A stretch of DNA of 64,000 nucleotides from Oceanispirochaeta sp. (GCA_963666275.2 CAXXOA010000001.1:1696001-1760000), one strand, 5' to 3'; positions 1-10,643 are shown, counted from the stretch's first letter. A program made the numbers and translations. Notes: a model not told the origin generated them from the letters alone.

Positions 1-2535
1 TTTCCGCACCTTCACACGGAAGATTTTCCGGGCCAGACTGATCTGTATATCATCAATCAGCTGGTCAAAGATCTGAAAACCTTCGTTTTTATACTCTACA
101 AGAGGGTTTTTCTGGGCATAGGATCTCAGATAGACCGCTTCTCTCAGGGCTTCCAGATTTTCCAGGTGTTCCTGCCAGCGGTTATCAAGGTTTTTCAGAT
201 ACTCAAAGCGGATAAACTGGTTGAGCTGCTCTTTTCCCACCAGGGTATTTTTCTCTTCCAGATCGTCTTTCAGAAATTTCAGAAGAATTTCCTCTTTTTG
301 AGAGTCTTCAACCTCCGCCAGATTAACGGTCTGTTCCTCAGGAGAGTAGTTGAAGTTCTCTTTCAGCCTTGTGATCAGCCGGGGAAGAGCCTCATCCAAG
401 CCTTTGCGGGTATCGGTCCTGTAATCATCCATAAGGATGGAAAGGATTTCCTCACCGGTCTCCATGATCTTACCAGTCAGATCTTCGGAAGTCAGGATTT
501 CATCTCTTGTGGAATAGATGTAGTTTCTCTGTTTACTCAGGACATCATCATAATCCAGAAGGTGTTTCCGGATTTCATAGTTTCTGTCTTCCACCCGTTT
601 CTGAGCTTTTTCAAGAGATCTGTTGATAAGGGGATGGTGGAGAGGATCATCTCCCTCCATGCCCAGTTTCGTCATGGTTTTCTTGAAGTTTTCTCCCCCG
701 AAAAGACGCATCAGATCATCATCCAGAGAGATATAGAACTGACTGAATCCGGGGTCACCCTGCCGGCCCGACCGTCCTCTGAGCTGGTTGTCGATACGAC
801 GGGATTCATGGCGTTCAGAACCGATGACATAGAGACCGCCCAGTTGACGGACCTCCTCATTCTGTTCCCGCCAGGCTTCGGTTTCTTTTCTGATCAGGGC
901 CTGGATCTCTTCTTCCGTAGCATCCTGACCGGCTTTTCTCCGGGCTCTGAACTCGGGATTTCCTCCCAGTTTGATGTCCGTTCCACGACCGGCCATATTG
1001 GTTGCAATGGTGATCGAACCTTTCGCACCGGCTTCTGCAATGATCAGAGCCTCACGGTGGTGGTTTTTAGCATTGAGGATTTCATGCTTGATACCGCGTT
1101 TTTTAAGGTTCTGAGACAGCTTTTCCGACTTGTCTACAGACACGGTTCCTACAAGGATAGGCTGACCTTTACGGCTGACTTTCTCGATGGTGTCGCATAT
1201 GGCATTGAACTTGAATTCTTCGTTCAGATATATAACATCATCTTTATCCACACGGTTAACCGGACGGTTGGTGGGAATCACCACAACATCCATCTCGTAG
1301 ATCCTGGCAAACTCCCGGGCTTCCGTTTCGGCTGTACCGGTCATACCGGAAATTTTATCATACATCCTGAAAAAGTTCTGAAAAGTAATGCTGGCAAGGG
1401 TCCGGTTCTTCTGGGCAATTTTAATATTCTCTTTTGCCTCAATCGCCTGATGGAGTCCGTCGGAATACCGGCGGCCCGTCAGGACTCGGCCGGTGAACTC
1501 ATCGACAATCTGAACTCCCCCGTCCTGAATCACATAATCCACATCATTATGAAAAAGATGATGGGCCTTCATGGCCTGGGTAAAATAGTGGATATATTCG
1601 AAATTCTCCTCATCAAAGAGCGAGCCCTGTATGAGCTTTCTGCTGTGGAGGAGTTTTTCGATATTGTTCATACCTTCATCGGTAAAAACAACTTTCTTGC
1701 TCTTCTCATCGAGCTTATAGTCACCTTTGGGCTGGATACCCGTCATGGGATCAACAGGAGGATAGTCTCCGGTTTTCGGATCTTTTTCACACTCTTTCAG
1801 AAAAGAGACAAGCTGATTCACCTGGGTGAATTTGCTTGTATCCTCCTGAATGGGGCCTGAAATGATCAGAGGGGTTCTGGCTTCGTCAATCAGGATACTG
1901 TCGATTTCATCGATGATACAGTAGGGATGGTTTTTCTGGGATTTTTTGTCTATGCTCCAGCGCATATTGTCCCTGAGATAGTCAAAACCGAATTCATTGT
2001 TGGTTCCGAAGGTAATATCCCGGCTGTATTCGATCTGCCGTCTTTCAGGATCCATTTCAGATAGAATCACTCCAACTGAAATACCCAGATAGTCATAGAC
2101 CGGTTTCATCCAGGCCGCATCTCTGGAGGCCAGGTAGTCATTGACTGTGACAATATGAACACCCTTTCCCGCCAGAGCGTTCAGATAGGCTGGGGCAACA
2201 CTGGAAAGGGTTTTTCCCTCACCGGTCTTCATTTCCATGATTTTCCCCTGATGAAGAACAATCCCACCCAGGAGCTGTACATCATAGGGCCGTTCACCCA
2301 GGGTCCTGCGGGCGGCTTCCCGGCAGAGGGCGAAGGCTTCGGGGAGAATATCATCCAGAGTCTCTCCGGCAGATAATCTTGACTTGAATTCACCGGTGAG
2401 TTCCATAAACCGGTGATCGGCCAGTTCCATGGCCCATTTCTCTTTTGCATTGATTTTATGCAGTATAGGAAGCAGCTGTTTCAGATCCTTGTCCTGTTTG
2501 GAACCCAGGAGAAGGGATAATATCTTATTTACCAT
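1..2535 (-). CDS. secA: Preprotein translocase subunit SecA (C-terminus runs off the window start)
   Basis: Not in the ORF track because it is truncated. Manual minus-strand translation from ATG 2535 gives MVNKILSLLLGSKQDKDLK...RPYDVQLLGGIVLHQGKIMEMKTGEGKT...VHIVTVNDYLASRD...IIDEIDSILIDEARTPLIISG, the SecA signature motifs. Confidence 0.97.
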   Translation of the reverse strand, partial: MVNKILSLLLGSKQDKDLKQLLPILHKINAKEKWAMELADHRFMELTGEFKSRLSAGETLDDILPEAFALCREAARRTLGERPYDVQLLGGIVLHQGKIMEMKTGEGKTLSSVAPAYLNALAGKGVHIVTVNDYLASRDAAWMKPVYDYLGISVGVILSEMDPERRQIEYSRDITFGTNNEFGFDYLRDNMRWSIDKKSQKNHPYCIIDEIDSILIDEARTPLIISGPIQEDTSKFTQVNQLVSFLKECEKDPKTGDYPPVDPMTGIQPKGDYKLDEKSKKVVFTDEGMNNIEKLLHSRKLIQGSLFDEENFEYIHYFTQAMKAHHLFHNDVDYVIQDGGVQIVDEFTGRVLTGRRYSDGLHQAIEAKENIKIAQKNRTLASITFQNFFRMYDKISGMTGTAETEAREFARIYEMDVVVIPTNRPVNRVDKDDVIYLNEEFKFNAICDTIEKVSRKGQPILVGTVSVDKSEKLSQNLKKRGIKHEILNAKNHHREALIIAEAGAKGSITIATNMAGRGTDIKLGGNPEFRARRKAGQDATEEEIQALIRKETEAWREQNEEVRQLGGLYVIGSERHESRRIDNQLRGRSGRQGDPGFSQFYISLDDDLMRLFGGENFKKTMTKLGMEGDDPLHHPLINRSLEKAQKRVEDRNYEIRKHLLDYDDVLSKQRNYIYSTRDEILTSEDLTGKIMETGEEILSILMDDYRTDTRKGLDEALPRLITRLKENFNYSPEEQTVNLAEVEDSQKEEILLKFLKDDLEEKNTLVGKEQLNQFIRFEYLKNLDNRWQEHLENLEALREAVYLRSYAQKNPLVEYKNEGFQIFDQLIDDIQISLARKIFRVKVRK

Positions 2536-2541
2536 TGCTAA

Positions 2542-2570
2542 AATGTACGGCTTTTCGGTGATGCCGTCAA
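2542..2570 (-). promoter_or_regulatory. sigma70-type promoter of secA, probably leaderless
   Basis: Minus strand TTGACG-N17-TACATT, then 6 nt, then ATG; no Shine-Dalgarno. Confidence 0.6.
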
Positions 2571-2644
2571 GATTGACATTATAAAGAGAGCTGTGTAGGA
2601 TAATTTTACCCTTCAAAGGGGATTTGGGGAGCCAGGTAAATCAG

Positions 2645-3814
2645 ATGATCAAACGCTTATCTTTACTTTTCTTTTTCATCACAGCCCTGTTTTTGACCTC
2701 CTGCCGGCCGGATAACCAGGTTCTGGAAAAAGAGGACCTTTTCATTATCCCCATGGGCGTAACCGCAGAGGAACTGGATTATTTTTTCCGCAGCGGATCA
2801 CTTCTGCCCGGGCTGAGCGATCTTTTTGTTTTAAACGGACGAATCTTTATAAGCAGCAGCCACGCCGGCAAAGTTATGGAACTCAACTCCTACGGCGACC
2901 TGCTGAGCCTCGTATACAATCCCCAGACCAATCCTGAGCCTGTTCATTATCAGAACCAGGAGGATGATCAGGAATCTCTCATCCGCATCAGAAAATGGAA
3001 CTTCCGCAATATAGAGCATATCGCCGTCAGTGACAGGGGCATGTATATCGTCGATCAGGTGGAAGACAATCTTGTCTCCCAGTCCGGTGATACTCTCTAC
3101 AACAGAATTGTCCTCCTTTTTGATGAAGAAGGGGAGTTTGTGGATTCTCTCGGACAGGAGGGAATCAATGGAACACCCTTTGCCTATGTGAAAGATCTTC
3201 AGGTTACCGAGCAGGGCAATATTGTGGTTATAACCCAGTCGGTTCAGGAGAATACAGTCTACTGGTTCTCTCCGGGGGGCGCTCTCCTCTATAAAATCAT
3301 TCTGGGAGAAGATCAGCTGCCCGTTCCGGAAGAAGGCTCATGGGGGCCTGGACAGGTGGAAAACATTGCCGCGGATCCCGAGGAAGATAAAATCTATCTG
3401 AAAGTTTCCTTTTTTCCCCTGGATGATACAGAAGAACAGACAGCACTTAACAGACTCTATACTCTGGATCTCAGAGAGGGTGAGTATACAGGCTATTTTG
3501 AAATTCCCCATTTTGAAATTAATCTGGGTGACCAGGTTATTGAAGGAGTCAATGAATACCTGGGTTCCGTCAGGGGGGGGCTCCATTTCTTTCTGGGCTC
3601 CGACTACGGCGGGCGTTATCACCTGACCATCATGGATGAAACCGGAGCTGTGAAAACAACCAGGGTTCTGAATATTGAAGATCAGGACATTATCTATAAA
3701 AATATCTATCTGAATCCCTTAGGACTTCTGTCGGGAATCTTTTATGAGGAAAACGGTGCCAGGATCTCCTGGTGGAGAGCGGACAGAATAGCAGAAAGGT
3801 ATGCGGAAGATTAA
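2645..3814 (+). CDS. Spirochaete lipoprotein, probable beta-propeller
   Basis: ATG at 2645; signal MIKRLSLLFFFITALFLTSC with lipobox Cys; repeated beta-strand/YGD/G-x-F patterns. Confidence 0.7.
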   Translation: MIKRLSLLFFFITALFLTSCRPDNQVLEKEDLFIIPMGVTAEELDYFFRSGSLLPGLSDLFVLNGRIFISSSHAGKVMELNSYGDLLSLVYNPQTNPEPVHYQNQEDDQESLIRIRKWNFRNIEHIAVSDRGMYIVDQVEDNLVSQSGDTLYNRIVLLFDEEGEFVDSLGQEGINGTPFAYVKDLQVTEQGNIVVITQSVQENTVYWFSPGGALLYKIILGEDQLPVPEEGSWGPGQVENIAADPEEDKIYLKVSFFPLDDTEEQTALNRLYTLDLREGEYTGYFEIPHFEINLGDQVIEGVNEYLGSVRGGLHFFLGSDYGGRYHLTIMDETGAVKTTRVLNIEDQDIIYKNIYLNPLGLLSGIFYEENGARISWWRADRIAERYAED

Positions 3815-4304
3815 CAACGCACCTGAAACAAGAACAGAGGATGATCTCTATTATGAGTACTCCCGTTCCGAGCGTCTGTCTCAATCTCACTTTGTCAACG
3901 GAAGAAGAGACCGTTCCCGCCGCTACAGCCTGAGCAGACTCCTCCTGTTTGATTTAATTTTTCTTTTCGTCATAGGCGGTATCATCCTTCCATTTATCAT
4001 ACAGAAAAATCTGAAGGACAGCATTGCTCCACTCCGGTTTGAAATGGAGCTCCGCCGGGATGACCAGGATGTCCTGGTTTCCCTTTTTATACGCAGCCGG
4101 GGGGAAATCTCAGGCGATGAGGGATTGCTGAAGATTGAATTGATCAGTAATGGAAATCCTGTGATAGAATGGGAGGAGATCCCCCCCGAACAGGGGGCTG
4201 TGAGTACCCTCCGCCATCGTCTTACAGGGGCGGCTTCCCGACAGACGGTCATCTGCCGGATCATTTGGAACAGCAGAGATGTCCGGCTGAACGGACAGAT
4301 CTGA
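3801..4304 (+). CDS. Hypothetical single-pass membrane protein
   Basis: 167 aa ORF overlapping the upstream gene end; one hydrophobic segment LLLFDLIFLFVIGGIILPFII. Confidence 0.65.
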   Translation: MRKINNAPETRTEDDLYYEYSRSERLSQSHFVNGRRDRSRRYSLSRLLLFDLIFLFVIGGIILPFIIQKNLKDSIAPLRFEMELRRDDQDVLVSLFIRSRGEISGDEGLLKIELISNGNPVIEWEEIPPEQGAVSTLRHRLTGAASRQTVICRIIWNSRDVRLNGQI

Positions 4305-4427
4305 GAAACAGGGAATTGACAGAAAATTCTAAAATAAAAAAGTTGACTGTTATTTTTCTATTTAATATCATTTTAATCAGAGACGGAGAGAGTTCATGTC
4401 ATCTGTTTCTGGAGGATTAAGAAAACT

Positions 4428-4838
4428 ATGCAAATTTACTTTTTAGTTGTTTTAACTGATATCCTGTCCGGATTGATCCTGAGCGGTTCTTTCCTGGAAG
4501 GGAAAATCAATGAGTTTGCCACCTGTAATGCTTTTCTGCAGAAACCGAAATTCAAGCTGATTCTGGGGATACTCACATCACTGACAGCGCTTTTTACTCT
4601 GCTTCTGAAGATAACCCCGGCGGATATCGTGTTCGTGGGTGATCTGCTTCCCGGTTTGTACGGACTCCTGGCGGGTGCCTATCTGATCATGTCATTTTTC
4701 TACAGCAGTCTGGAAGAGACCCGCAGCTGGATGAAAAGTTTCGTGGATCTTATGGAAGATCAGGGCCACATTGTGGGACTTGCGGGAATCCTTATCGGAA
4801 TCATCCATTTCCTTGTTCCTTCAGCGGTCATCCTCTGA
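4428..4838 (+). CDS. Hypothetical integral membrane protein (about 4 TM)
   Basis: GGAGG upstream; four hydrophobic stretches. Confidence 0.75.
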   Translation: MQIYFLVVLTDILSGLILSGSFLEGKINEFATCNAFLQKPKFKLILGILTSLTALFTLLLKITPADIVFVGDLLPGLYGLLAGAYLIMSFFYSSLEETRSWMKSFVDLMEDQGHIVGLAGILIGIIHFLVPSAVIL

Positions 4839-4844
4839 GTGTCC

Positions 4845-5240
4845 ATGGGAATCAATAGATCAATCGCAGGCCTTGCTGAAAAAGACGGACTGTTCTTTCT
4901 TGCCAAAAGAAAACCCGGTGGTGATCTGGGTGGAAAATGGGAACTTCCCGGTGGAAAGCTGGAAGAGGGGGAGACTCCTCAGGACGCTATGCTCCGGGAG
5001 TGGCAGGAAGAACTTGAAATAGAGGTTTCCACAGGAAAACTTGTCACTTCAACTACATTTTCCCATAATTCTAAAGAGTTCCTTCTTGAGGTTTATAATG
5101 TTTCCTTTCAGCCGCAGGAGATGACCCTTAACGAGCATGTGCAGACAGGATGGTTTTCAAGAGAGGACATAAATGATCTGGATCTGGCTGGGTCCGACAG
5201 AAAAGCCCTCTCCACGATCTGGGATGAAGTTAAACTCTGA
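4845..5240 (+). CDS. MutT-like NUDIX (d)NTP pyrophosphohydrolase
   Basis: Nudix box in WELPGGKLEEGETPQDAMLREWQEELEI. Confidence 0.88.
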   Translation: MGINRSIAGLAEKDGLFFLAKRKPGGDLGGKWELPGGKLEEGETPQDAMLREWQEELEIEVSTGKLVTSTTFSHNSKEFLLEVYNVSFQPQEMTLNEHVQTGWFSREDINDLDLAGSDRKALSTIWDEVKL

Positions 5241-5252
5241 TTTTCTTTAAAC

Positions 5253-5678
5253 CTACTGCTTTCTGACTTCCAGGGTTTCTTTCTCCTCAACCATTATATC
5301 ATCATATCGCCCGGTTTCCGCGTGTCCCGTAAAGAAGTGGAGAAGATCATCCATATCATCCTGCAGGGATACCAGAGAAAACCTGAGGTAGCAGGTATTT
5401 TCCTGAATCTCCTCCCTATAGGGGTTATATCCCATATAGAGAGGATCAATGAGTTCCCGGAGCCTGTTCCTCAAACCGCCGTAGAATGCCTTATCCATCA
5501 TAATCAGCTGCAGGGTTCTGCCCTGTTTCTGGAAAACCTGATAGATTCCCTTTTCGGAGGGAACTATTTTGTGAATCAGGTATTTGTCCATAAGAATATA
5601 AGGGGACCATTTGACGGTGAAGCATCCCACACCGTCTTTTACAGTTGTCAGTTCAGTGGCATAGACGGTATTCCTCAA
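5253..5678 (-). CDS. Hypothetical protein, possible degenerate GIY-YIG-like fold
   Basis: 141 aa; start overlaps the glgC stop by 4 bp; VPSEKGIYQV...GGLRNRLRE. Confidence 0.65.
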   Translation of the reverse strand: MRNTVYATELTTVKDGVGCFTVKWSPYILMDKYLIHKIVPSEKGIYQVFQKQGRTLQLIMMDKAFYGGLRNRLRELIDPLYMGYNPYREEIQENTCYLRFSLVSLQDDMDDLLHFFTGHAETGRYDDIMVEEKETLEVRKQ

Positions 5679-6952
5679 AGTACAGTCCCGTCGGGAATAA
5701 TTGTATTCTTGGGAATAATGATTATACCGTCCCGGACATAATGGGTTGCCCGTTCCACGTCTTCCCGGACAATGTCATCCACACCGATCCGGCAGTCTTT
5801 TCCGATCCTCACATTTTTGTCAATGATTGTTCTGCGGATCTGAGATCCCTCGCCGACGCCCAGGTTGGGAATCTTGAGATTTCTGTTCTTATCGATATTC
5901 CTTTCATTTTCGTAATAGTCCGCACCCATGCAGTAAACTTCGTTCAGATTGGCCCCTTTGTTCAGTATACTCCGGACCCCCACAATGGAATCTGTAACCG
6001 AATCGGCATTGATAATAGACCCCTCTGTTGCCAGGGCATGCTGGAAATTGCAGGCATTGATCTTGGAGGCCGGGAGATCCCTTCTATGGGTATAGATCGG
6101 GTTTTCCTTGTCATAGAGATTGAATTTGGGCCAGGGCTTTGCCAGATCCAGATTGGATTCGAAGAAATTGGTAATCGTTCCGATATCCTCCCAGTAGCCT
6201 TTATAGATATGAGCCCTGACATGGGCTTTTTCAATCATGGCGGGAATGACTTCTTTTCCGAAGTCGGTAAAATCATTGTCCAGGCCTCTGTCCATGGCTG
6301 AGGCATTGAAGATATAGATACCCATGGAGGCCAGATAGTCTTTTTCATCGGGAATATTCTCTTCCAGCTTCCGGGACCGGGGAATCTTGTATTCATCGAT
6401 ATTCATATCGGGGCCTGGTTTTTCAAGGAACTGGTTGATATCTCCCTTCTTATCCAGCTGGAGGATTCCCAGCTGATCCGCATCTTTTCTGGTCACAGGT
6501 GTCGCCGCAATGGTCACATCGGCGCCGCTGTGAATGTGTTCATTGAAGAACTGCTTCAGATTCATTCTGTAGAGCTGATCTCCCGAGAGGATGATATAGT
6601 GAGTCGGTTCGTGGGCATGAAAATGGTAGCTGTTCTGCCGGACCGCATCGGCGGTTCCCATATACCACTCGGTGCTGTCAAATGTCTGCTCAGCCGCGAG
6701 TATTTCAACAAATCCCCCTGTAAAGGCGTCGAACCTGTAGGTGGAACTGATATGGAAGTGAAGAGACGCTGTGTTGAACTGGGTAAGAATATAGATATTC
6801 CGAAGCTTGGAATTGATGCAGTTTGAAATGGGTATGTCCACCAGTCTGTACTTTCCGCCGAAAGGGACGGCGGGTTTGGATCTTTCCTTTGTCAGAGGAT
6901 AGAGTCTTGTCCCTTTTCCTCCCCCTAAAATTACGCTGAGAATCTCTGCCAT
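5675..6952 (-). CDS. glgC: Glucose-1-phosphate adenylyltransferase
   Basis: ILGGGKGTRLYPLTKERSKPAVPFGGKYRLVD, WYMGTADAV, LSGDQLY, ASMGIYIF, YWEDIGT; AAGGAG RBS. Confidence 0.97.
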   Translation of the reverse strand: MAEILSVILGGGKGTRLYPLTKERSKPAVPFGGKYRLVDIPISNCINSKLRNIYILTQFNTASLHFHISSTYRFDAFTGGFVEILAAEQTFDSTEWYMGTADAVRQNSYHFHAHEPTHYIILSGDQLYRMNLKQFFNEHIHSGADVTIAATPVTRKDADQLGILQLDKKGDINQFLEKPGPDMNIDEYKIPRSRKLEENIPDEKDYLASMGIYIFNASAMDRGLDNDFTDFGKEVIPAMIEKAHVRAHIYKGYWEDIGTITNFFESNLDLAKPWPKFNLYDKENPIYTHRRDLPASKINACNFQHALATEGSIINADSVTDSIVGVRSILNKGANLNEVYCMGADYYENERNIDKNRNLKIPNLGVGEGSQIRRTIIDKNVRIGKDCRIGVDDIVREDVERATHYVRDGIIIIPKNTIIPDGTVL

Positions 6953-7173
6953 ATGCTACTCCTTCAAATGTTGAACAGGGGACTCAAACCTAACAAAACT
7001 GTCTCTTCCCAATCCTGAGGGATCTTTAGTCCTTACATCTTTTTCTCACATTATAATTCACTATGCAAGGGGGTCAAGTTCTTTTCATATTCCAGTTGTA
7101 TCGAACGAAGATTCTCGATTACTATTAAAGCGGGATAAGGAAAAAAGACTAAAAATATGTTAAGGTATCTGCT

Positions 7174-9483
7174 ATGAGTGAAATGCGCCGGTTTCTGGAT
7201 GATTTGGAGAAGAATTTCCGCTTTATGGAGAATGTGACCCGATGGGAGAAAATTCCCCCCCGGGAGGGGGAGTACAGTCCTGTCCCCGAAAGCCTTCCGG
7301 TGATCGTTAAACAGTCTCTGGCCAAAAAGGGGATTACCTCTCTCTACAGCCATCAGACAGCCTGTTACGAAGCGGCTGAGAGGGGAGAGAATATATGTGT
7401 GGTAACACCGACTGCGTCGGGTAAGACCCTCTGTTACAATCTTCCGGTACTGAGAACCCTCCTGGAGGAACCCGAATCCAGGGCTCTCTACCTTTTCCCC
7501 ACCAAGGCGCTCAGTCAGGATCAGCAGTCCGCTCTGAATGATATTGTTCTGGACGATGAAATTCCTGTTAAAATCTGTACCTACGACGGGGATACACCCG
7601 GATCACTGCGTATCTCCGCCAGAAAGTCAGGGAGGATCATCATTTCCAATCCGGATATGCTCCATTCGGGGATCCTACCGAACCATCCCAAATGGATCGA
7701 CTTCTTCAAATCCCTGAAATACATTGTCCTGGATGAAGTGCATACCTACAGGGGGATCTTCGGTTCCCATATGACCAATCTGCTGCGCCGGCTCAAACGG
7801 ATCGCCGCCTTCTACGGAAGCGATCCCCAGTTTATCTGCTGCAGTGCCACCATAGGCAATCCCGGCGAGCTGACCCAGGCGATCATTGAAAAACCTGTGA
7901 CCCTGATCAACCGGAACGGAGCGCCTTCGGGAGAGAAACATCTTATATTCTACAATCCTCCTCTGGTCGATGCGGTCCAGGGAATCAGAAGGGGAGTGGT
8001 CAATACCTCCCAGGCTCTGGCAGTGCGGCTCCTCAAGTCGGGGATCAAAACCATCGTGTTTACTAGATCCCGGGTAAAAACCGAACTTGTGGCCTCCTAT
8101 ATAAATAAGAAACTCAGCAACGTTTACAATGAAAACAACCGGCTCAAGGTGGAATCCTACCGGGGAGGATACCTTCCCGGAGAAAGACGGAAAATTGAAA
8201 AAGGTCTGAGAGACGGAGATATCCAGGGAGTGGTCTCTACCAATGCCCTGGAACTGGGAATCGATATCGGAGGTCTGGATGCGGCGATCCTGGCGGGGTT
8301 TCCCGGATCCATCGCCTCTACCTGGCAGCAGTCCGGAAGGGCAGGACGGACAAGCGATCTCTCTCTTGCCATTTTTGTGGCTTCCAGTTCGCCAGTGGAT
8401 CAGTACCTGGTGCAGACACCGGAATATTTTTTCGGAGCCAATCCCGAATCGGGGTTTGTGGATCCCGATAATCTGTTCATACTCATGGACCATCTGAAGT
8501 GCGCCGCCTTCGAGATCCCCTTCCGGAAAGACGAAGGCTTCCCCGGTGATGTCTCCTCTCTTCTCTCCTACCTGGAAGAGAACGGGGTGCTCAGATTTAC
8601 CGGCGACAGCTGGTACTGGGCCGACCGCTCCTATCCGTCTGAAAGAATTTCCCTCAGGTCAGGAGCATCGGAAAATGTTGTCATCATTGATACAACCAAG
8701 GGCCGGCACAATGTGATCGGAGAGATGGACAGCCACTCCGCCCGGGAGCTGATCTTCGACGAGGCGGTCTATCTCCACAGGGGGGAACAGTTCATTGTCA
8801 AAAAACTGGATCTTGAAAATCACCTTTGTATGGTAGAGGAGTCCAACCTTAACTACTATACCGATTCCATACTGAAATCTGACATCAAAGTTCTGGAAGT
8901 GGATGGGGAATCCTCCCACTGGGGACAGGTCCTGACCCACTGCGACATACTCCTCCGCACGGAAGTCTCCAAATATAAGAAGATCAAATTCCAGACCCAT
9001 GAAAATATTGGCTACGGCGATATCTTCCTTCCCGAAGAGGAGATGCATACAAGGAGTGTTTTTATCTCTCTCCTGCCCGGATCTCCCGCGGGGGATGCCT
9101 TTGTCATGATCGATGAGCTGATGCAGGCTCCGGTTCTGGCCCGGGTGGCCACACTGATCCGCAATACGGCTCCTCTGTTTCTCCTGTGCCGCTCCACCGA
9201 TATCGGGGTTTCCGGCAGAGTCAGGGATCCCCATTTCGAGTGTCCCGGCCTCTTTATTTACGATACCTATCCCGGGGGCATCGGTCTGGCAGATAATTTT
9301 ACCGAAAAAATGGAACAGATCTTTCAGGCCAGCCTGGATCTTGTGGCCGAATGTTCCTGCCGGGAGGGCTGTCCCAGCTGTGTGGGCCCCATCGATCAGC
9401 AGGATCAGTTTGATGCGAATCCGAAAAATCTGACAAGGAATTTTCTGGATATCTGGCTGGAAACGGTGCGGGAAAAGCAGTGA
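7174..9483 (+). CDS. MrfA/YprA-like SF2 DEVH helicase with C-terminal 4-Cys (DUF1998-type) domain
   Basis: TPTASGKT, DEVH, SAT, TNALELGIDIG, QQSGRAGR; C-terminal YDTYPGGIG...CSCREGCPSC. Confidence 0.9.
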   Translation: MSEMRRFLDDLEKNFRFMENVTRWEKIPPREGEYSPVPESLPVIVKQSLAKKGITSLYSHQTACYEAAERGENICVVTPTASGKTLCYNLPVLRTLLEEPESRALYLFPTKALSQDQQSALNDIVLDDEIPVKICTYDGDTPGSLRISARKSGRIIISNPDMLHSGILPNHPKWIDFFKSLKYIVLDEVHTYRGIFGSHMTNLLRRLKRIAAFYGSDPQFICCSATIGNPGELTQAIIEKPVTLINRNGAPSGEKHLIFYNPPLVDAVQGIRRGVVNTSQALAVRLLKSGIKTIVFTRSRVKTELVASYINKKLSNVYNENNRLKVESYRGGYLPGERRKIEKGLRDGDIQGVVSTNALELGIDIGGLDAAILAGFPGSIASTWQQSGRAGRTSDLSLAIFVASSSPVDQYLVQTPEYFFGANPESGFVDPDNLFILMDHLKCAAFEIPFRKDEGFPGDVSSLLSYLEENGVLRFTGDSWYWADRSYPSERISLRSGASENVVIIDTTKGRHNVIGEMDSHSARELIFDEAVYLHRGEQFIVKKLDLENHLCMVEESNLNYYTDSILKSDIKVLEVDGESSHWGQVLTHCDILLRTEVSKYKKIKFQTHENIGYGDIFLPEEEMHTRSVFISLLPGSPAGDAFVMIDELMQAPVLARVATLIRNTAPLFLLCRSTDIGVSGRVRDPHFECPGLFIYDTYPGGIGLADNFTEKMEQIFQASLDLVAECSCREGCPSCVGPIDQQDQFDANPKNLTRNFLDIWLETVREKQ

Positions 9484-10643
9484 AACCCGATCTATCAGCC
9501 AGGCTGAACAGGCTGAAGCAGACAAAGGGACTCCCTGTGGCTTCGGAAAAAAAAGAGGCTGTTCCGCCAATTCCTTCTGATATCCCTGATCTTCCCGAAG
9601 GGTGGAGGAGCGCGGGCCCCGATGTATGGATGAGAGAGATTTCAGATCCCAATCCTCTGGCAGACCTGGATTTGACCGGATATTTTGCCCCGTCGGATAG
9701 CTCCCCCGGGGATTGGCTCTTTTTCGACACCGAAACCACCGGACTCTCCGGCGGAGCGGGCAATACGGCCTTCCTGATCGGTACCGGCAGAGTCCGGGAA
9801 GACAGGTTTATAACCACACAGTATTTTCTGAGGGACTATCCGGGCGAACCGCTCATGCTGGATCTGCTCAAAAAAGAGTTTGGAAATACAGGGCTTTTTA
9901 TCTCCTATAACGGAAAAAGTTACGATACCCCTCTGCTGCAGACCCGATTCCTTATGAACAGGATGCCTTTTCAGTTCGGGGCACAGCTGGACCTTCTGTA
10001 TCCTGTCAGAAAGCTCTATAAAAGAACTCTTCCCAACTGCCGTCTGGGGACAGCCGAGACTTTTCTCCTGGCCAATCCCAGGCAGGGGGATATTCCCGGC
10101 GCAGATATTCCGGAAATCTGGTTCTCATTTCTGAAAGACAGTAATCCCGCACCACTTCTGCAGGTGTTCAAGCATAACTATCTGGATATTATCCGAATGG
10201 CCGAGCTCCTTGTCTTTCTGGAGGAGGCTGTCAGGGGGAATCAGAAGGGGAATCCCTACAGAGATAAGTTTGCCCTGGGGCGTTTTCTCCTGGAAAGGGG
10301 GGATATCCGGGGGCTGGAATATATGGAAAGTGCCGTCCGGAGGGGGGATCCCAGAGCGGAAACTTTCCTTTCGGTTCACTGGAAAAGGCAGGGGGAGTGG
10401 GAAAAAGCCTCTTCCCTATGGTCTGCCATCCTTCAGAAGCGTCCCGGTCTCTATGCGGGAGTGGAAATGGCCAAGTATCTGGAACACCGGGAACGGGACT
10501 ATACCGGCGCTCTGAGACTTGTGGAACAACTTCTGCGGGACCTGCCTATCCGGAATCCCGAAAAGAGGGCAGAGCTGCAGCATAGAAGGAACAGGCTTAT
10601 TGCAAAAATTGCCAAAGAAGCGGAAAATACAAGTTATGAATAG
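9480..10643 (+). CDS. MrfB/YprB-like DEDD (RNase H-like) exonuclease with C-terminal TPR-like helices
   Basis: FFDTETTGL, SYNGKSYD, HNYLD; GTG start overlaps the helicase stop by 4 bp. Confidence 0.87.
   Translation: MKPDLSARLNRLKQTKGLPVASEKKEAVPPIPSDIPDLPEGWRSAGPDVWMREISDPNPLADLDLTGYFAPSDSSPGDWLFFDTETTGLSGGAGNTAFLIGTGRVREDRFITTQYFLRDYPGEPLMLDLLKKEFGNTGLFISYNGKSYDTPLLQTRFLMNRMPFQFGAQLDLLYPVRKLYKRTLPNCRLGTAETFLLANPRQGDIPGADIPEIWFSFLKDSNPAPLLQVFKHNYLDIIRMAELLVFLEEAVRGNQKGNPYRDKFALGRFLLERGDIRGLEYMESAVRRGDPRAETFLSVHWKRQGEWEKASSLWSAILQKRPGLYAGVEMAKYLEHRERDYTGALRLVEQLLRDLPIRNPEKRAELQHRRNRLIAKIAKEAENTSYE

Noticed and set aside
166..1860. 564-aa plus-strand ORF
   Set aside because: Antisense shadow of secA, which the ORF track omits because it is truncated; no RBS or motifs.
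7102..7114. CGAACGAAGATTC resembling a Gram-positive LexA box upstream of the mrfA-like gene
   Set aside because: Imperfect (ATTC rather than GTTC), single copy, and the LexA motif of this lineage is unknown to me.
7174..9483. DUF1998 helicase as a DISARM, Druantia or Dpd defence component
   Set aside because: No methyltransferase, PLD or other partner genes; the adjacent YprB-like exonuclease and host-like composition fit MrfAB repair.
7675..9817. Long minus-strand ORFs (272, 303 and 172 aa)
   Set aside because: Antisense to the motif-rich helicase and exonuclease; no recognisable features.
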